Assembly: GCF_009914755.1 (NCBI RefSeq)
Contig: NC_060933.1
DNA from: the human T2T-CHM13v2.0 reference genome, Homo sapiens
Strand: one strand, 5' to 3'
DNA: 64,000 nucleotides
Shown: positions 37,571-58,165 of the stretch, piece after piece
Position numbering within the stretch: position 1 is the first letter of the stretch
Layout of the letters: the number at the start of each line of letters is the position of its first letter
Made by a program: the position numbers and the translations under genes
The notes under the pieces: generated by a model
Seen by the model: the letters and a program-made list of their open reading frames with translations, nothing else
The model's database searches: none
What the model was told of the DNA's origin: nothing

Positions 37571-38408
37571 TACAGAAAACTGCACTTTAACAATATAGCC
37601 AGGTAATTCCTATACACATAAATATTTAAGGAGTAATGGGTTAAACTATGGGATAATTTGGTAGATTTGTGACTAACAGAATAGTCACAAAGTGGGCCCT
37701 AATGAAATGCTTGGTGTCAATCTCTGGAGAAGTCTCCAGAAGCCCTTCCTGTTCAGTACTTTTTATTATTTCTTTCTTCTTCTTTTTTTTTTTTGAATGG
37801 AGACAGGGTCTCACTATAGTGCCCAGGCTGGTCTTGAACTCCTGGGCTCAAACCATCCTCCCAAAGTGCTGGGATTACAGGCATGAGCCACCACGTCTGG
37901 CCCCCGTTCAGTCTTTTTATATTTACAGCATAGGAGTTAAGAGTATTCATGGGCTTTGGGGTCAGACAGACTTAGGATTGAATTTTAATTCTTCTACTAA
38001 TTAGTTGTATAGCCTTGACCAAGTTTCTTAATCTCTCTAAAATCAGGACAATAATACCTATACCTCTCAAGGACATGGTGAGGAGTAAATAAGAATGCTG
38101 TGAGAATTGAACAGAGCCCTACATACAGCAGATATATGATCTGTTTCATTAAGCACATCACTCATGACATACTATCTTGTACTGCTGTAGCTTTGCATGT
38201 GTGTAACTGTTCATTTGTTTGTCCGTATAATAAGTCCATTATAATAAGTCCATTATAACCTTCTGAAGGTAGGAGTCGCATCTCCTTTTCCTTTAAATGA
38301 TCCAGAGTGCTTATCGCTCTCTTGTGCACACAGTGTGACTTCAATTAACAATGAACACAAGCACAGTGGTGTCTGGCGTTTAATCCAGATGCTGAAATGT
38401 AAGCTTAC

Positions 38409-38655
38409 CCTGAATGGCTGGACCCCAAGCAAACAGATAATACCAACTCAAATGCAGATCAACAATTGTTTCATCTCTGGGAACATTCACAGGGCGTTTA
38501 AATCTGCAGGTGACGCGATTGTTCTCAAAAACTCCTTCTTCATCTCTGGCAGGGTTTCTCTGAATCTCCTTTGCCCACTGGCCTACATTATAGAAGTGCT
38601 GTATGCGGACCCTGCCATTGTCATCATGGACGCAGGCCATGACATCATCACCACC
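38409..38655 (-). CDS. FRRS1L: FRRS1L exon 4 ([16 protein letters not shown]...[13 protein letters not shown]), DOMON domain
   Basis: Acceptor ttctcatgttAG|GGT, donor CAGG|GTAAGC; 247 nt, phase 0 to 1; overlaps ORF 38380..38640. Confidence 0.96.
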
Positions 38656-39353
38656 CTAACATGAGAAATGATTGAGAAAAAAAAAAGTCAAAGGTTCATC
38701 TTTTGCACACTGGTCACTAGAAATATACATTCCATCATCTCTGCAATTTGAAATCCCACCAAAAAAATTCTTTTAAGTGCCATTAAAAAGTCTCAACCAG
38801 GAGACCAAAGTTACCATCACAATAAGTGACATTCAGTGCCTCCTGACTGATGTTTGGAGAAGACATTACCACCTATGTGGTAATCCTGCCCAAAACACAA
38901 ACCAACCTAATCAAGAAAAAACAATCAGACAAACTCAAACTGAAGGTCATTCTACAAAAAAAATTAAAAAAAATACCTAGCCTATAATCTTCAAGGAGTC
39001 AGTGTCATAAAAGACCAAAAAAAGAAAAAAAAAAAAAAGGCTAAGAAACTATTTCAAAATATACATGACAACAAAATGCAGTTCTAGGTGTTCCTACATA
39101 GAAATTTGGGCTATAAACCCAAAATTTCCCTAAGGACAGTATTGGGACAAGTAGCAACATATGAAAACAAACAATATATTTAATAATACCATCATATCAA
39201 TGTTAAACTTCCTGAATTTAATAAACTATATAATAAAAGAGAACATTCTTGATTTTAGGAGATAACCTACTTAAGTATTTAGGGTTAAAGGATTATGATA
39301 TTTGCTATTTAAATGCCAAAATTCCAGAAAATAACAATCAAAAAAATAATAAT

Positions 39354-39396
39354 CAGTAGTAGTAGCAGTAGCAGTAGCAGTAGCAGCAAGCAGTAC
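39354..39396. repeat. Short imperfect (TAG/CAG)n trinucleotide repeat
   Basis: cagtagtagtagcagtagcagtagcagtagcagcaagcagta. Confidence 0.8.
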
Positions 39397-39984
39397 AGAG
39401 AATAAAGCATGTGTGGCTAATGTCATTATTTATGAAAAAGTTCTGGAACTAGGGAGTAGTGATGGTTGCAGAACACTGAATGTGGTTGATACCACTGCAT
39501 TGACACTTTAAAATCATAAATTTTGGTGCTACTGCACTCCAGCCTGGATGACAGAGTGAGACCCTTTCTCAAAAAAATAAAATAAAATGGTCAATTCTGG
39601 CCAGGTGTGGTGACTAGTGCCTGTCATCCCAACAATGTGGGAAGTCAAGACAGGAGGATCATTTGAGCCCAGAAGTTCAAGACCAGTCTAGGCAATACAG
39701 TGAGACACTATCTCTACAAAAAATTAAAAAATTAGCTGGGCATGGGGCTCATGCCTGTAGTCCTAGCTACTCAGGAGGCTGAGGTAGGAGGATCGCTGGG
39801 GAGGTTGAGGCTGCAGTGAGTCTTGTTTGTGCCACTGCACTGCAGCTTGGGCAATAGGGTGAGACCCTGTCTCAAAAAATAAAAATAAAAATAAAAAATA
39901 CACAACAACAAAAAATAAAATGGTTAATTTTGTTATGTGCGTTTTACCACAATAAAAAAGTTATTATTTTGTTAATCTAAGTAG

Positions 39985-40034
39985 CTGTAGTCCCAGCTAC
40001 TTGGGAGCCTGAGGTGGGAGGGTCACTTAAACCT
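39985..40034 (+). repeat. 50-bp exact copy of Alu segment 37395-37444
   Basis: ctgtagtcccagctacttgggagcctgaggtgggagggtcacttaaacct is identical at both sites. Confidence 0.92.
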
Positions 40035-40182
40035 TTACTATCCTTCCTGCTTGCCTACAGGTTTACATTTTTTTCAAAACAAGTTTAAAAAAGTTAAAAG
40101 AGTTTGGTCGGGTGTGATGGCTCACGCCTATAATCCCAGCACTGTGGAAAGCTGAGGCAGACCACTTGAGGTCAGGAGTTCA

Positions 40183-40511
<329 letters not shown>

Positions 40512-40544
40512 TCACTGTGAACCTAAAACTGCTGTAAAACGTAA

Positions 40545-40902
<358 letters not shown>

Positions 40903-41445
40903 TAAACGCTTTTAAAAAGGGGTTCCATTTTGTTTTTCCTATACATTAGGTTCTCAAAAAAAATTAATCTGTGCTTTTTCTTGGAATAATACAAGAAAAA
41001 AAGAGACCTCTACTTTCACAGATAATATGACAGTAGATACTTTATAGGCCTTTAGATACCAAAATATCAAACAAAATTTGAATGCTCCTCACTCTGCCTC
41101 ACTCCCCTAATCTTAACAGCCCTACCACGAGTGCAAATGCATTTAGGACAGGAAGTGGTCACTTTCAATGCAAGCCAGCTTCTGGGTGTGGCATGCCCTG
41201 CTGTTTCTCCTGCTGCCTCTAGGGCAGGAGATAAGTAGACTAATATCTATCCATGCAGTCTTACCAGTGGTACCCATTGTCTTACTACTTGGACTGGAAC
41301 TCATTGAAGGCTATTCTCCTGGTGACCTCTCCAAGAATAAAGCCACCAGACCAGCCACTGCTTAGACTGCTTATCAGTCTTTTCCTACGACACACCTACA
41401 ACCCATATATCCAATCCACTTGCAAATCCTGTCAGTCAGTGCTAC

Positions 41446-42015
<570 letters not shown>

Positions 42016-42439
42016 TAGTGCTACTTTCAAAACATTCAAAATCTGAGCCCTCAGCACTGTCACTGCTGGAACTTTGGTCTGAGCCGCCCTCCTCTCTCCC
42101 CTGTAGCCCCACACAAGCCTCAGAATAGGCCAGGTGAAGAGAAGGGCGGGGTGCTCTAGGCAGAAACAGCCACAAGGGCAAAAGCACAGAGGACTGAGAA
42201 AGTCTCATAGTTTGGGAACAAGCCTGGCCCAGTGAAGTGGCAAAAGAATGGGGCTCCAGAGGAAAGAGAGAAAAACGCAGCAAGGCACAGGGAAGAGCAG
42301 GGGCCAGTGATGACAGCTGCCTGTGCACCTGAGGCCCCGCCTGTGCCTGGCCACAGTCCTGTCTGAGGTCCAGAGGTTTTCTTGCCCCTGGGTACAGAGG
42401 AAGATAAAACTGTTGAAACAAATTCGTAACTTCCCTGAT

Positions 42440-43640
<1,201 letters not shown>

Positions 43641-43699
43641 GTAGAGACGGAAAAAAGTTGTTTTTCCCTCTTATAAGTGGTTCTTTCACTTCTGCCTCT

Positions 43700-43925
43700 G
43701 CCATGAAAAAAATATGCCTTGGATGACTAGTGAAAACACAGAGAAAACCTGAATCCAACTCATGGACAGGCGTCAAGTCCAGATGAACCCCACCTAAAAT
43801 GAGCTGCACCCCAGTCAATCCATGAACATGTGAGCAAGCAATAAATGCTCATTGTTATAAGCCATATAAGGCTTATAACATGGGGGCCTCTTCTTGCAGC
43901 CTTACTGTGGAAACAGCTGATGAAA
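43700..43925 (+). mobile_element. Old MaLR LTR 3' part (MLT1-like)
   Basis: catgtgagcaag..aataaatgctcattgttataagcca...gcagccttactgtgg. Confidence 0.55.
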
Positions 43926-44124
43926 AGAGGTGCCACAAGACAGCTTGGATTCTGATAGCCAACCCTTTCATTTAAGCTAGCCTGAATTTTTTTTAACTTG
44001 CAATCAGAGAGCCATAACTAATTTGATCATTATACTGCTTTGATCAATTAACTTGCTTCTAAAATCAAAATAGCACAGCCAACTAAAGAGAAAAAATCAG
44101 CTTCTATCATGTTTTGCATCTTAC

Positions 44125-44263
44125 CATTTTCTTGTCTGAAGAGAATCCAACTGCTACCCAACCATCTGTGTCTGCACTCAGCTCAAATTCTACATCAGCC
44201 CCTATCATCCGGTAGCTGAGGAAATAGTCACAGGTCTCTGCATTACAGCCTGGTTTGCCATAT
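44125..44263 (-). CDS. FRRS1L: FRRS1L exon 3 ([46 protein letters not shown]), DOMON domain
   Basis: Acceptor tctcttctAG|A, donor ATG|GTAAGA; 139 nt, phase 2 to 0; [13 protein letters not shown] signature. Confidence 0.96.
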
Positions 44264-45009
44264 CTAGAAGAGATATCGAAAGAGACTTTACTGCTTCTAC
44301 TTACACAAAAGACATTAAGAGAGCATCTACCATGTATCATGTGGGATGCTAAGCAATATTATTAAACACATTGGATTTTTGCTACCTGGAATCTTAAAAA
44401 CACAGTTTCACTCTCTTAGGAGGAACCTTAGAGATGATCTGCCCCACTTTGTACACAAGAACTGCAGTCCTGAGATGGGAAGGGGCTTGCCCGAGGTTGT
44501 ATAGTGAAGTCAGCGGTTGCAACAGGACTTGAATCTGGGTATCTAAACTCCCAGCCAGTGTTCTCTACATTATATTAGTATTAGAGTCTTTTACATGTTA
44601 GTTACTACTGAATTATTTCTGAATCCCTTTTAATGGAAAAAGATTCTCCAAGTTAACCATTTAAATTGTTTCTGTTAATTAAATGTATACCAACTCTTTT
44701 TAACTTACAAATTTTCATATAATCAAACTAACACAAATTTACAAATTCAATATAAATTAAACTAATAAACCAGGAACACTGAAATTCACAGCACTCATGC
44801 AACAGATAATGGGGCTTTACTGAAAGTAAATTTCTGCTTATGTGCATGTGGTATCCGATTAGATCGTGCAGGGTCTTTGGAGTTGAGAGCATGTTCTTAC
44901 TACTCTCTATAGCATGATGGCTCAACTCTTCACTTTTATCTGTTTGAACTGCTGCAAAATCCTTATTTATGCGATACACCAAATGAATACCCCCATCTGG
45001 TACTCATGA

Positions 45010-45388
<379 letters not shown>

Positions 45389-46704
45389 TAATTACAAATT
45401 CAGACACTAAAACATACAACAATATAAGGTGATTATCCAGATAGTGAGATTATGCAGACATTCATGTTTTTTTGAGAGCACCACTGAAATGAAAACACAA
45501 ATTTAAATTTTCTTACAGAGCACTTGTGGATCCTTTCAGAACTGGCAAGCCCTGGTTTGAGGAACACTGTATTACACCATTTGCAGAATGGTAGAAAGTT
45601 GAAGCAATGGGTGGGACAATATACGCGCAGATGGAAGGTATCTAAAGGAACAGGGCACAGGGGTGCTAAGTGTTGAGGAGGGGACAGAAATGTACTACTA
45701 TGCTGGCAGAAATACCCGAGCAGTCAGGAAGAGATATAATAGGATCAAGGCAACAGGGCACTGGGGTGAAAAAGATGAAAAGGAGCAAGGGAAGTTAAAA
45801 AAAGGAGTAAATGGACAAGAAAACAAGTCACTTTGAAGCCAGTAGAGTACTAAAATTCCCTCCCTTCTCAAAATATCCCCCAATCACCAGGTTTATACAT
45901 TGCTGACCATCTTCCTCAATAAGAACATTTTTGGCTATTTTTATTCATTCCTTAGAAGTGGCCTTCCAAAGAAAGCTCAAAGCCCCTGTATTCAATTTTT
46001 CCTTCTTAGACCTTAAGTACTGAACAACAGCAAAATCAGAACCTTCAGTACAGTGACCATCAAAACTTTGCCCCTGACCATCAAATTATTCAGGGGCAAT
46101 TTGTTTTAGGAAGTAAAGGGTTCAAAGGAGGAGGCTTTCCCAAAGAAGCTGAGCTGTCTAGATGGGAGGCCCATTGTCCACATGACTGTTTTCTAGCCCA
46201 GCCCGTCATGTCGTGATACTACTAATAATCATGTAGAGACTCACCATGCCTGAGATAACAAGCTAGCAACAATGAATGCTTAATGACTAGTTAGAATCAT
46301 ACAGATATCCATAGGTCAGGACTATTTACTAAAAAAGGAATTGGGTACTAAACATGTCTATCATTGCCTGTCCTGCCCACAGCCCCTGCTGAATAAGCAC
46401 AGACACGTTCTGTGTCACATGAGTCTTCTGCATATCAGCAATTGGTGAGTAGGAGACACCTGGAGCAATGGTGGTACAGCTAGAAAAGAACCATGGAAGA
46501 ATGGTCCCGGGCCCAGGACATACTAAAGTTAAAAGGCCTTTAAGACTGAAAAGCGGGATGGCCATTACGAAACTTCATAACCCTGCTGAGGTGATCAAGG
46601 AGCTCAGGCCCCCTGATTAGAAGGAACTGCATGCAATTTAAATACTACCCTGAGAAGTAAATCAGTCTTAGCCTTAAAGTTATCCAACCTGCAGTTCCAC
46701 CAAC

Positions 46705-46789
46705 CTAAAGCATCCCTTAGTTTTTCCACAGTCGTCCACTTTGATTTTGGCAAATGGATCCACAGGAGGAGCAGTAGGGAAGGGGTAAC
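46705..46789 (-). CDS. FRRS1L: FRRS1L exon 2 ([29 protein letters not shown])
   Basis: Acceptor ctcactgcccAG|GT, donor TTTAG|GTTGGT; 85 nt, phase 1 to 2; CGKTKGCF motif of the FRRS1/DOMON family. Confidence 0.94.
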
Positions 46790-47282
46790 CTGGGCAGTGA
46801 GAATAAAGAAGGGTTAGAAAATCCAGTAACAACTGTTCCAATGAGAATTTTTAAAAATGTGTTGACTGTTTTTTCTCACACATATCGAGAAATGTTTGGG
46901 GACTCAGAAAATGGCTTTGATGAAGGCTAATCATCCCCTTCATGGGGGAGGGTGTAGGACACACACCTTTGGACCTAATCTTGCATGTGAACTGAGAGTA
47001 GGTGTGTCCTTTTCTCACTTTACAGGAGAGGAACCTGGGGCACTGAGAGAGGCACAATTTCATATAACCACGGGCTTACCGCTGTCCCCTGGGAGTTTGA
47101 GAATCACACGTTTAATACAATATACATGTTCTAAGAGAAAAAAGTTAACAGTGATACATTTATATACTTGATAGTGGGATTTTTCCATTTATATACTTGA
47201 TAACAGGATTTTTCCATTCCATTTTCAACTTCCATTTTGCGTTAACCTGTAGGTAACATTTTCTTAGGTCACTAAATTCTTT

Positions 47283-47583
47283 GTTTTTGTTTTTTGTTGT
47301 TTTTGAGACAGAGTCTCCCTCTGTTGCCCAGGTTGGAGTGCAGTGGTGCCATCCTGGCTCACTGCAACCTGTCTCCTAGGTTCAAGGGATTCTCTTGTCT
47401 CAGCCTCCCGAGTAGCTGGGATTACAGGCGCCGGCCATCAAACCCGGCTAATTTTTGTATTTTTAGTAGAGACAGGGTTTCACCATATTGCCTAGGCTGG
47501 TCTCGAATTCCTGACCTCAAGTGATCCACAGTCCTCAGCCTCCCAAAGTGCTAGGGTTACAGGTATAAGCCACCGCACCCAAC
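47283..47583 (-). mobile_element. Alu near FRRS1L exon 2
   Basis: TSD gtc(a/g)ctaaattcttt at 47268-47282 and 47586-47600. Confidence 0.95.
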
Positions 47584-47794
47584 TTGTCGCTAAATTCTTT
47601 AAACACATAATTTCTAACAGTTGTCTATCTTTCTTATAAGATTACTTACCACCATAATGCATCAAACCATACACCATAATGCATCAAACCATACCATACC
47701 CAACTTGTCGCTAAATTCTTTAAACACATAATTTCTAACAGTTGTCTATCTTTCTTATAAGATTACTTACCACCATAATGCATCAAACCATACA
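47577..47794. repeat. 97-bp perfect direct duplication with 24-bp nested spacer
   Basis: 47577-47673 is identical to 47698-47794. Confidence 0.93.
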
Positions 47795-48326
47795 TTGAAG
47801 GGTAAGGCTGCATTATGCCTCCACTTTGTGAGAGAAATCTTTTCTCCTAGGCTGTTTACTCCACGTACACAGGAATCATGTGAGACTTATCTTGTATTCT
47901 CTGCCCAGCATAGTGCTTGGCACTGGACACTGAATAAATGATTGTCAAAGGAATAAATAAAATCACCCACAGACATTAGGAAATGTAAATCAGTACAAAC
48001 TTTTAAAAATCATTCTATTTTATGAGTTTTTTTCTTGTTATTTTTAAGTTTTTTCTTTGGGATTTGTAATGCTACTTTTTTTAAAGTGAGGCTTTGCTAA
48101 TTTTGTCCATTAGATTTATTATACTTTAAAAAAGCCACCAGGTCACACTTTTCTGGCACACTTCTGTGCACTCTGAATAGTCCATTTTTACTATCCTGGA
48201 CCTTGATCACATCATAAAGTACAATCCTAACTTTTTACCACCAAAGTAGTTGGATCAAATGCATTACTTTTTCTAGTTTTATGCTTATTTTATGCTAAGT
48301 CCTATATCTGCTTCAGTACTAGAGAC

Positions 48327-48853
48327 CAGGGATCCCCAATCCCTGGGCCACTAACCAGTACCAGTCCATGGCCTGTTAGGAACTAAGCCGCACAGCAGGA
48401 GGTGAGTGGCAGGCAAGCAAGCGAAGCTTCACCTGTATTTATAGCCACTCCCCATGGCTTGCATAACTGCCTGAGCTCCACCTCCTCTTAGATCAGCAGT
48501 GGCATTAGATTCTCATAGGAGTGCAGTCCCTATTGTGAACTGCATATGTGAAGGATGTAGGTTGTACGCTCCTTATGAGAATCTAATGCCTGATGATCTG
48601 TCACTGTCTCCCATCACCCCCAAATGAGACCTTCTAGTTGCAGGAAAACAAGCTCAGGGCTCCCACTGATTCTACATTATGGTGAGTTGTATAATTATTT
48701 CATTATATATTACAATGTCATAATAATAGAAATAAAGTGCACAATAAATGTAATGTACTTGAATCACCCAAAAACCTTCCCCTTGACCCAGTCCATGGAA
48801 AAATCGTCTTCCACTAAACCAGTCCCTGGTATCAAAAAGGCTGGGGTTCACTG
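48327..48853 (+). mobile_element. Apparently full-length MER1A (hAT-Charlie) DNA transposon
   Basis: 527 bp; termini cagggatcccc...ggggttcactg; 8-bp TSD ctagagac/ctatagac. Confidence 0.88.
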
Positions 48854-49225
48854 CTATAGACTGAGTCCTGACTTGAACGAGTTTTGTTTTTTTCTGAATA
48901 GTTATTGAGCCACTACAAACTACTGTATGTTAAGCAGCTTCATATATCTTCTTCCTGTTACTTCTCACTACAGTCCTGAGGCCATTTGTCTCAGAATATT
49001 TATCCAGGAATTCAATGATTGTTCACTTACATGTTTTTGAAATTCTACAGTTCACTGACAAAGACAATCTCTTTTAATGTTGCATCTGACTCAGGTTCCC
49101 CATCTTCTTCCATTTTCAAACATATCATCCTCACTACTTCCTGGCATCTAGAATAATACATTAGCATACAGCAGATTTCCAGCTCAATAAATACCAGTTA
49201 CTATTACTACTGGATTATTATCACT

Positions 49226-49904
<679 letters not shown>

Positions 49905-50114
49905 CTAAACTCCAAATGAAAGCAAATTTTGGAACAAAGCTAGCTCATAAATGTTCTGAACTAGTTTATTCATGTTGGCAAATGGCTTCTCAGGACTTTT
50001 CTAGCACTAATTTTCTATTATCATATATGCTTCTAAAACTTGTAATAGGAACTTGTGTTCTGTCAAATGCACTTGGACATGCCTTTAATAACATTTTCCT
50101 CTTATATTGCAAAC

Positions 50115-50830
50115 TGTTGAAAAATAAAGAATTTGGCCTTTGTCCCTGGTTTCTTGGAGACAAACTCTAAAACCTTGGAATTTCCCAAGTAATGGGAGTG
50201 TTTTTGTTCTTCATGAGCCCCTTGGATTACACCTGAGTTTATGCCGAGCAACGGGATGACTAAGAATAGAGGCTGGTCACTGGAAAAACCATGTAATTAG
50301 AAGGTTGGGGCTTTGTGCTAGACCTACCTATAGGGAGGGTTGTGGGGCTGGAGATTGAGTTTAACCATGTGGCCAAATGATTAAATCAATCATTCCAACA
50401 TAGTGAGACCCCAATAAAAACTCTGGACACTGCGGCCCAGTGAAGCTTCCTGGTTGAACACATCGATGTGCTGGGAGGGCAATGTGATAATCCCACGAGG
50501 AGAAGGCATGGAAACTCTGCCTTTGGGAGCCTCTCAGACCTCACCCTATGTGTCTTTTCATTGACTGTTCCTGAGTTGTATCCTTTATAATAAAACTGTC
50601 ATAGTAAAAATAGCACTTTTTTTTCCCTGAGTTCTGTGAAACATTCTAGCAAATAATAGAAGCTGAAGTGGGAAGCTTCTTCTATCTTGTGGGAAGACCC
50701 CACATTTATAGCCAGTTGGTCTGAGGTGTGGACAATCTTATTGTGAACTGTGCCCTTTCACTTGTGGGATCTGCACTAACTCTGGGTCATTAGTGTAGGA
50801 ACTGAATTGCAGTACACCAGTCGGGAGTTG
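50115..50830 (+). mobile_element. MER21C-like LTR
   Basis: aagaatttggcctttgtccctggtttc...ccaataaaaactctggacac...ctgagttctgtga. Confidence 0.72.
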
Positions 50831-50899
50831 ATACTGGAATATAAGCAGAGCAGAATTAGATTTTTTTCCTGAAATTAAATGATCTCTATTTGATATAAA

Positions 50900-51465
50900 A
50901 TAAGTTTGGACCATGTGCCAATATTTAAGCTCTTGTCTCTCAGCTACAACCCAGCCTTCTATAGGCTGAGTACTCTGCAAACCATTTCTCCTTTGCCAGG
51001 TGCTTAGACTCTGCCAATAGCAAGCATTAGAGGAAGGCAGGAGGAGGGAAAGAGGACTGTTCCTTCCTGTGTGATTGCTGTTCCAATAAGCGAGTTCTCA
51101 GCAACTCTACTTCATCCTGGCAGTTGGCCTGAGTTCCCAGTTCGGTGCTAGGCTCCCAGAACCAACCTCATCCCATGCTGCTCTGAGGCATCAGCAGCAG
51201 CTGAGCACAGCCTCATTCTCAAAGGATGGGTCACAGCTCTGCGAGGTCCTGGTCTGGGACCTTTTTATAATCTCAAGCCCTTCTCTTTGCAACTCCAGCC
51301 CCAAGGATGGTAACTTTCCTGAAGTTATTTTCTGCATGCTATCTTGGTACTCCCTTTTTGCTTCTCCAGTCCCGCAACTTCTTGCTTAGACAATTCCCTG
51401 GGCTGGTCTTTTGTTTAAACAGCTAGTATGATTTCCATCTTTCTTACTGGAACTTGATTGATGCA
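50900..51465 (-). mobile_element. ERVL LTR (LTR33-like)
   Basis: ctctgcaaaccatttctcctttgccag...ctctgccaatag...gaaggcaggaggaggg. Confidence 0.55.
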
Positions 51466-52249
51466 GACTAAATGGATTAACCTTTCAATACTGATACAAT
51501 GTGTTTGCCAAAACTGTAGCTTATTAGTACTTATCCGAAGGCTAGAAAATAAAGACATTCAATAGGATCTATGTTTTACATGCATTAGACAATTCTAATG
51601 GGACATTATTTTAATTGTACAATTCTAAGTACCCTAGGTACACAGAATTAAATTGGTATTTCTTGATTTATGGAACACTCATTATCAGTCTATACAAAGC
51701 CAATCTTATATTTTTCCACCAATCCATCACTAACTCCATTTTCTTCCCCACCTTAGACACGAGGTCCAGCATATTTCATGCATAACCTTCTCCCAAGGAT
51801 GGAAGTTTTAACAAAAAATGAACACTCTGACACATACGTCTTAGAAAAGCAATATTTTACTATGATAAACTGAAAGGACACATTAGCGATAATGGATAAC
51901 AGACAATTTGGTGGTGGGGTAAGGTTCTCATCTCAGTCCATTCTATGTAGCATGGAATTCTGCCTGTCCAGGGTAAAGTCCTGCCAGGTTGCAAAAAGTT
52001 TTTCATATTCCCAAGATTATCATCCTGAAACTCTTGCATGATTACCTTACACGATAATTACCAAACTGCCTTCAGCAGATCCTGGATCTAAGGTTCAGGT
52101 TCCAGGCACAATTTCTCACTCTGCCAACAGCACCCCTTGCCATGCTGCCCACAGCTCCACTGCATTAGCCTGTTCATGGCCAGGCACAAAGCCTGGAAAT
52201 GCCCAAACAGAGCTGACCAGTGAGGGCCCACTGAAACTTACCATTCACC

Positions 52250-56330
<4,081 letters not shown>

Positions 56331-56331
56331 A

Positions 56332-57043
56332 GATGGTTAATTTTATATGTCAATTTGGCTGGCCAAAGTGCCCAGATATGTGGTTTAAAGAACCTGAATG
56401 TTTCTTTAAGCGTGTTTTAGGAGTGGATTAACATTTAAGTGGGTGGGCCGGGCGTGGTGGCTCACACCTGTAATCCCAGCACTCTGGCCAAGGTGGGTGG
56501 ATTACGAGGTCAGGGGTTCGAGACCAGCCTGACCAACATGGTGAAACCCTGTCTTTACTAAAAATACAAAAATTTGCCAGGCATGGTGGGACCCACCTGT
56601 AATCCCAGCTACTTGGGAAGCTGAGGCAGGAGAATCGCTTGAACCTGGGAAGTGTAGTGAGCCAAGATCGCGCCATTGCATTCCAGCCTGGGTGACAGAG
56701 CGAGACTCTGTCTCAACAACAACAACAACCAAAAAAACATTTAAGTAGGTGGCCTTTGAGCAAAGTAGATTGCCCTCCATAATGCAAGTTGGCCTCATCC
56801 AATCAGTCAAAGGCCTGAAGAGAACAAAAAGAGTGACCTCCACCAACCAGTGTAGCAGCAGATGGCCTTTGGACCTGACTTGCAAACATCAGCTCATCTC
56901 TGGGTCTCCAGCCTGCCGACCCAACCTGCAGACTGTGGAACCTGCCAGCCTGCATAATCATGTGAACCAGTTCCTTAAAATAAATCTGTCTACATAGATA
57001 CATATCCTATTGCTTTTGTTTCTCTGGAGAACCCTGACTATAC
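56332..57043 (+). mobile_element. MLT2B-like LTR interrupted by an Alu (56446-56737)
   Basis: gatggttaattttatatgtcaa...ggcctcatccaatcagt...gtttctctggagaaccctgact; Alu TSD aacatttaagt(g/a)ggtgg. Confidence 0.82.
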
Positions 57044-57468
57044 ACTTATCTGTCTTATTAATATTTTCAAAGAATCACTTTAGGCTTTGTGGATCCCCTT
57101 TACTGAATATTTGGTTTCTATTTCATTAATTCTGCTATATCTTTATTATTTTGTTATTTGTTTCCTTCTACTATCTTTAGATTTATTCCCTTCTTTCTGT
57201 CACTTCACAGTTTTCGGCCTTTCTTCTTTTCTTCTATCAGTTTAAACCCAACAGCCAACTGCCTCCAGGGGTTTCTCCCTGGATATTCCACAAGCAAATC
57301 AATTCCAGATGAGTTCCTCCGCCTCCCAAAAGCTATCGTCCTATGTTTCTTATCTTAGTGGATAATCCCACTAGCCACCTACAGTCTCACAATCCTGAAA
57401 CCTCAGTCCTAAGTTTCTCCCTTTCCCCAACCTGGCACATTTACTCAGCCATCACTTCCTGCTATTCC

Positions 57469-58165
<697 letters not shown>

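Noticed and set aside
38335-38664. 109-aa plus-strand ORF
   Set aside because: Antisense shadow of FRRS1L exon 4 with no independent support
39354-39396. CAG-containing repeat as an expansion locus
   Set aside because: Short, interrupted, intronic and inside an old L1 tail
47577-47794. Repeat-spacer-repeat layout superficially like a CRISPR array
   Set aside because: Only two units, spacer derived from the repeat itself, eukaryotic intron, no cas genes
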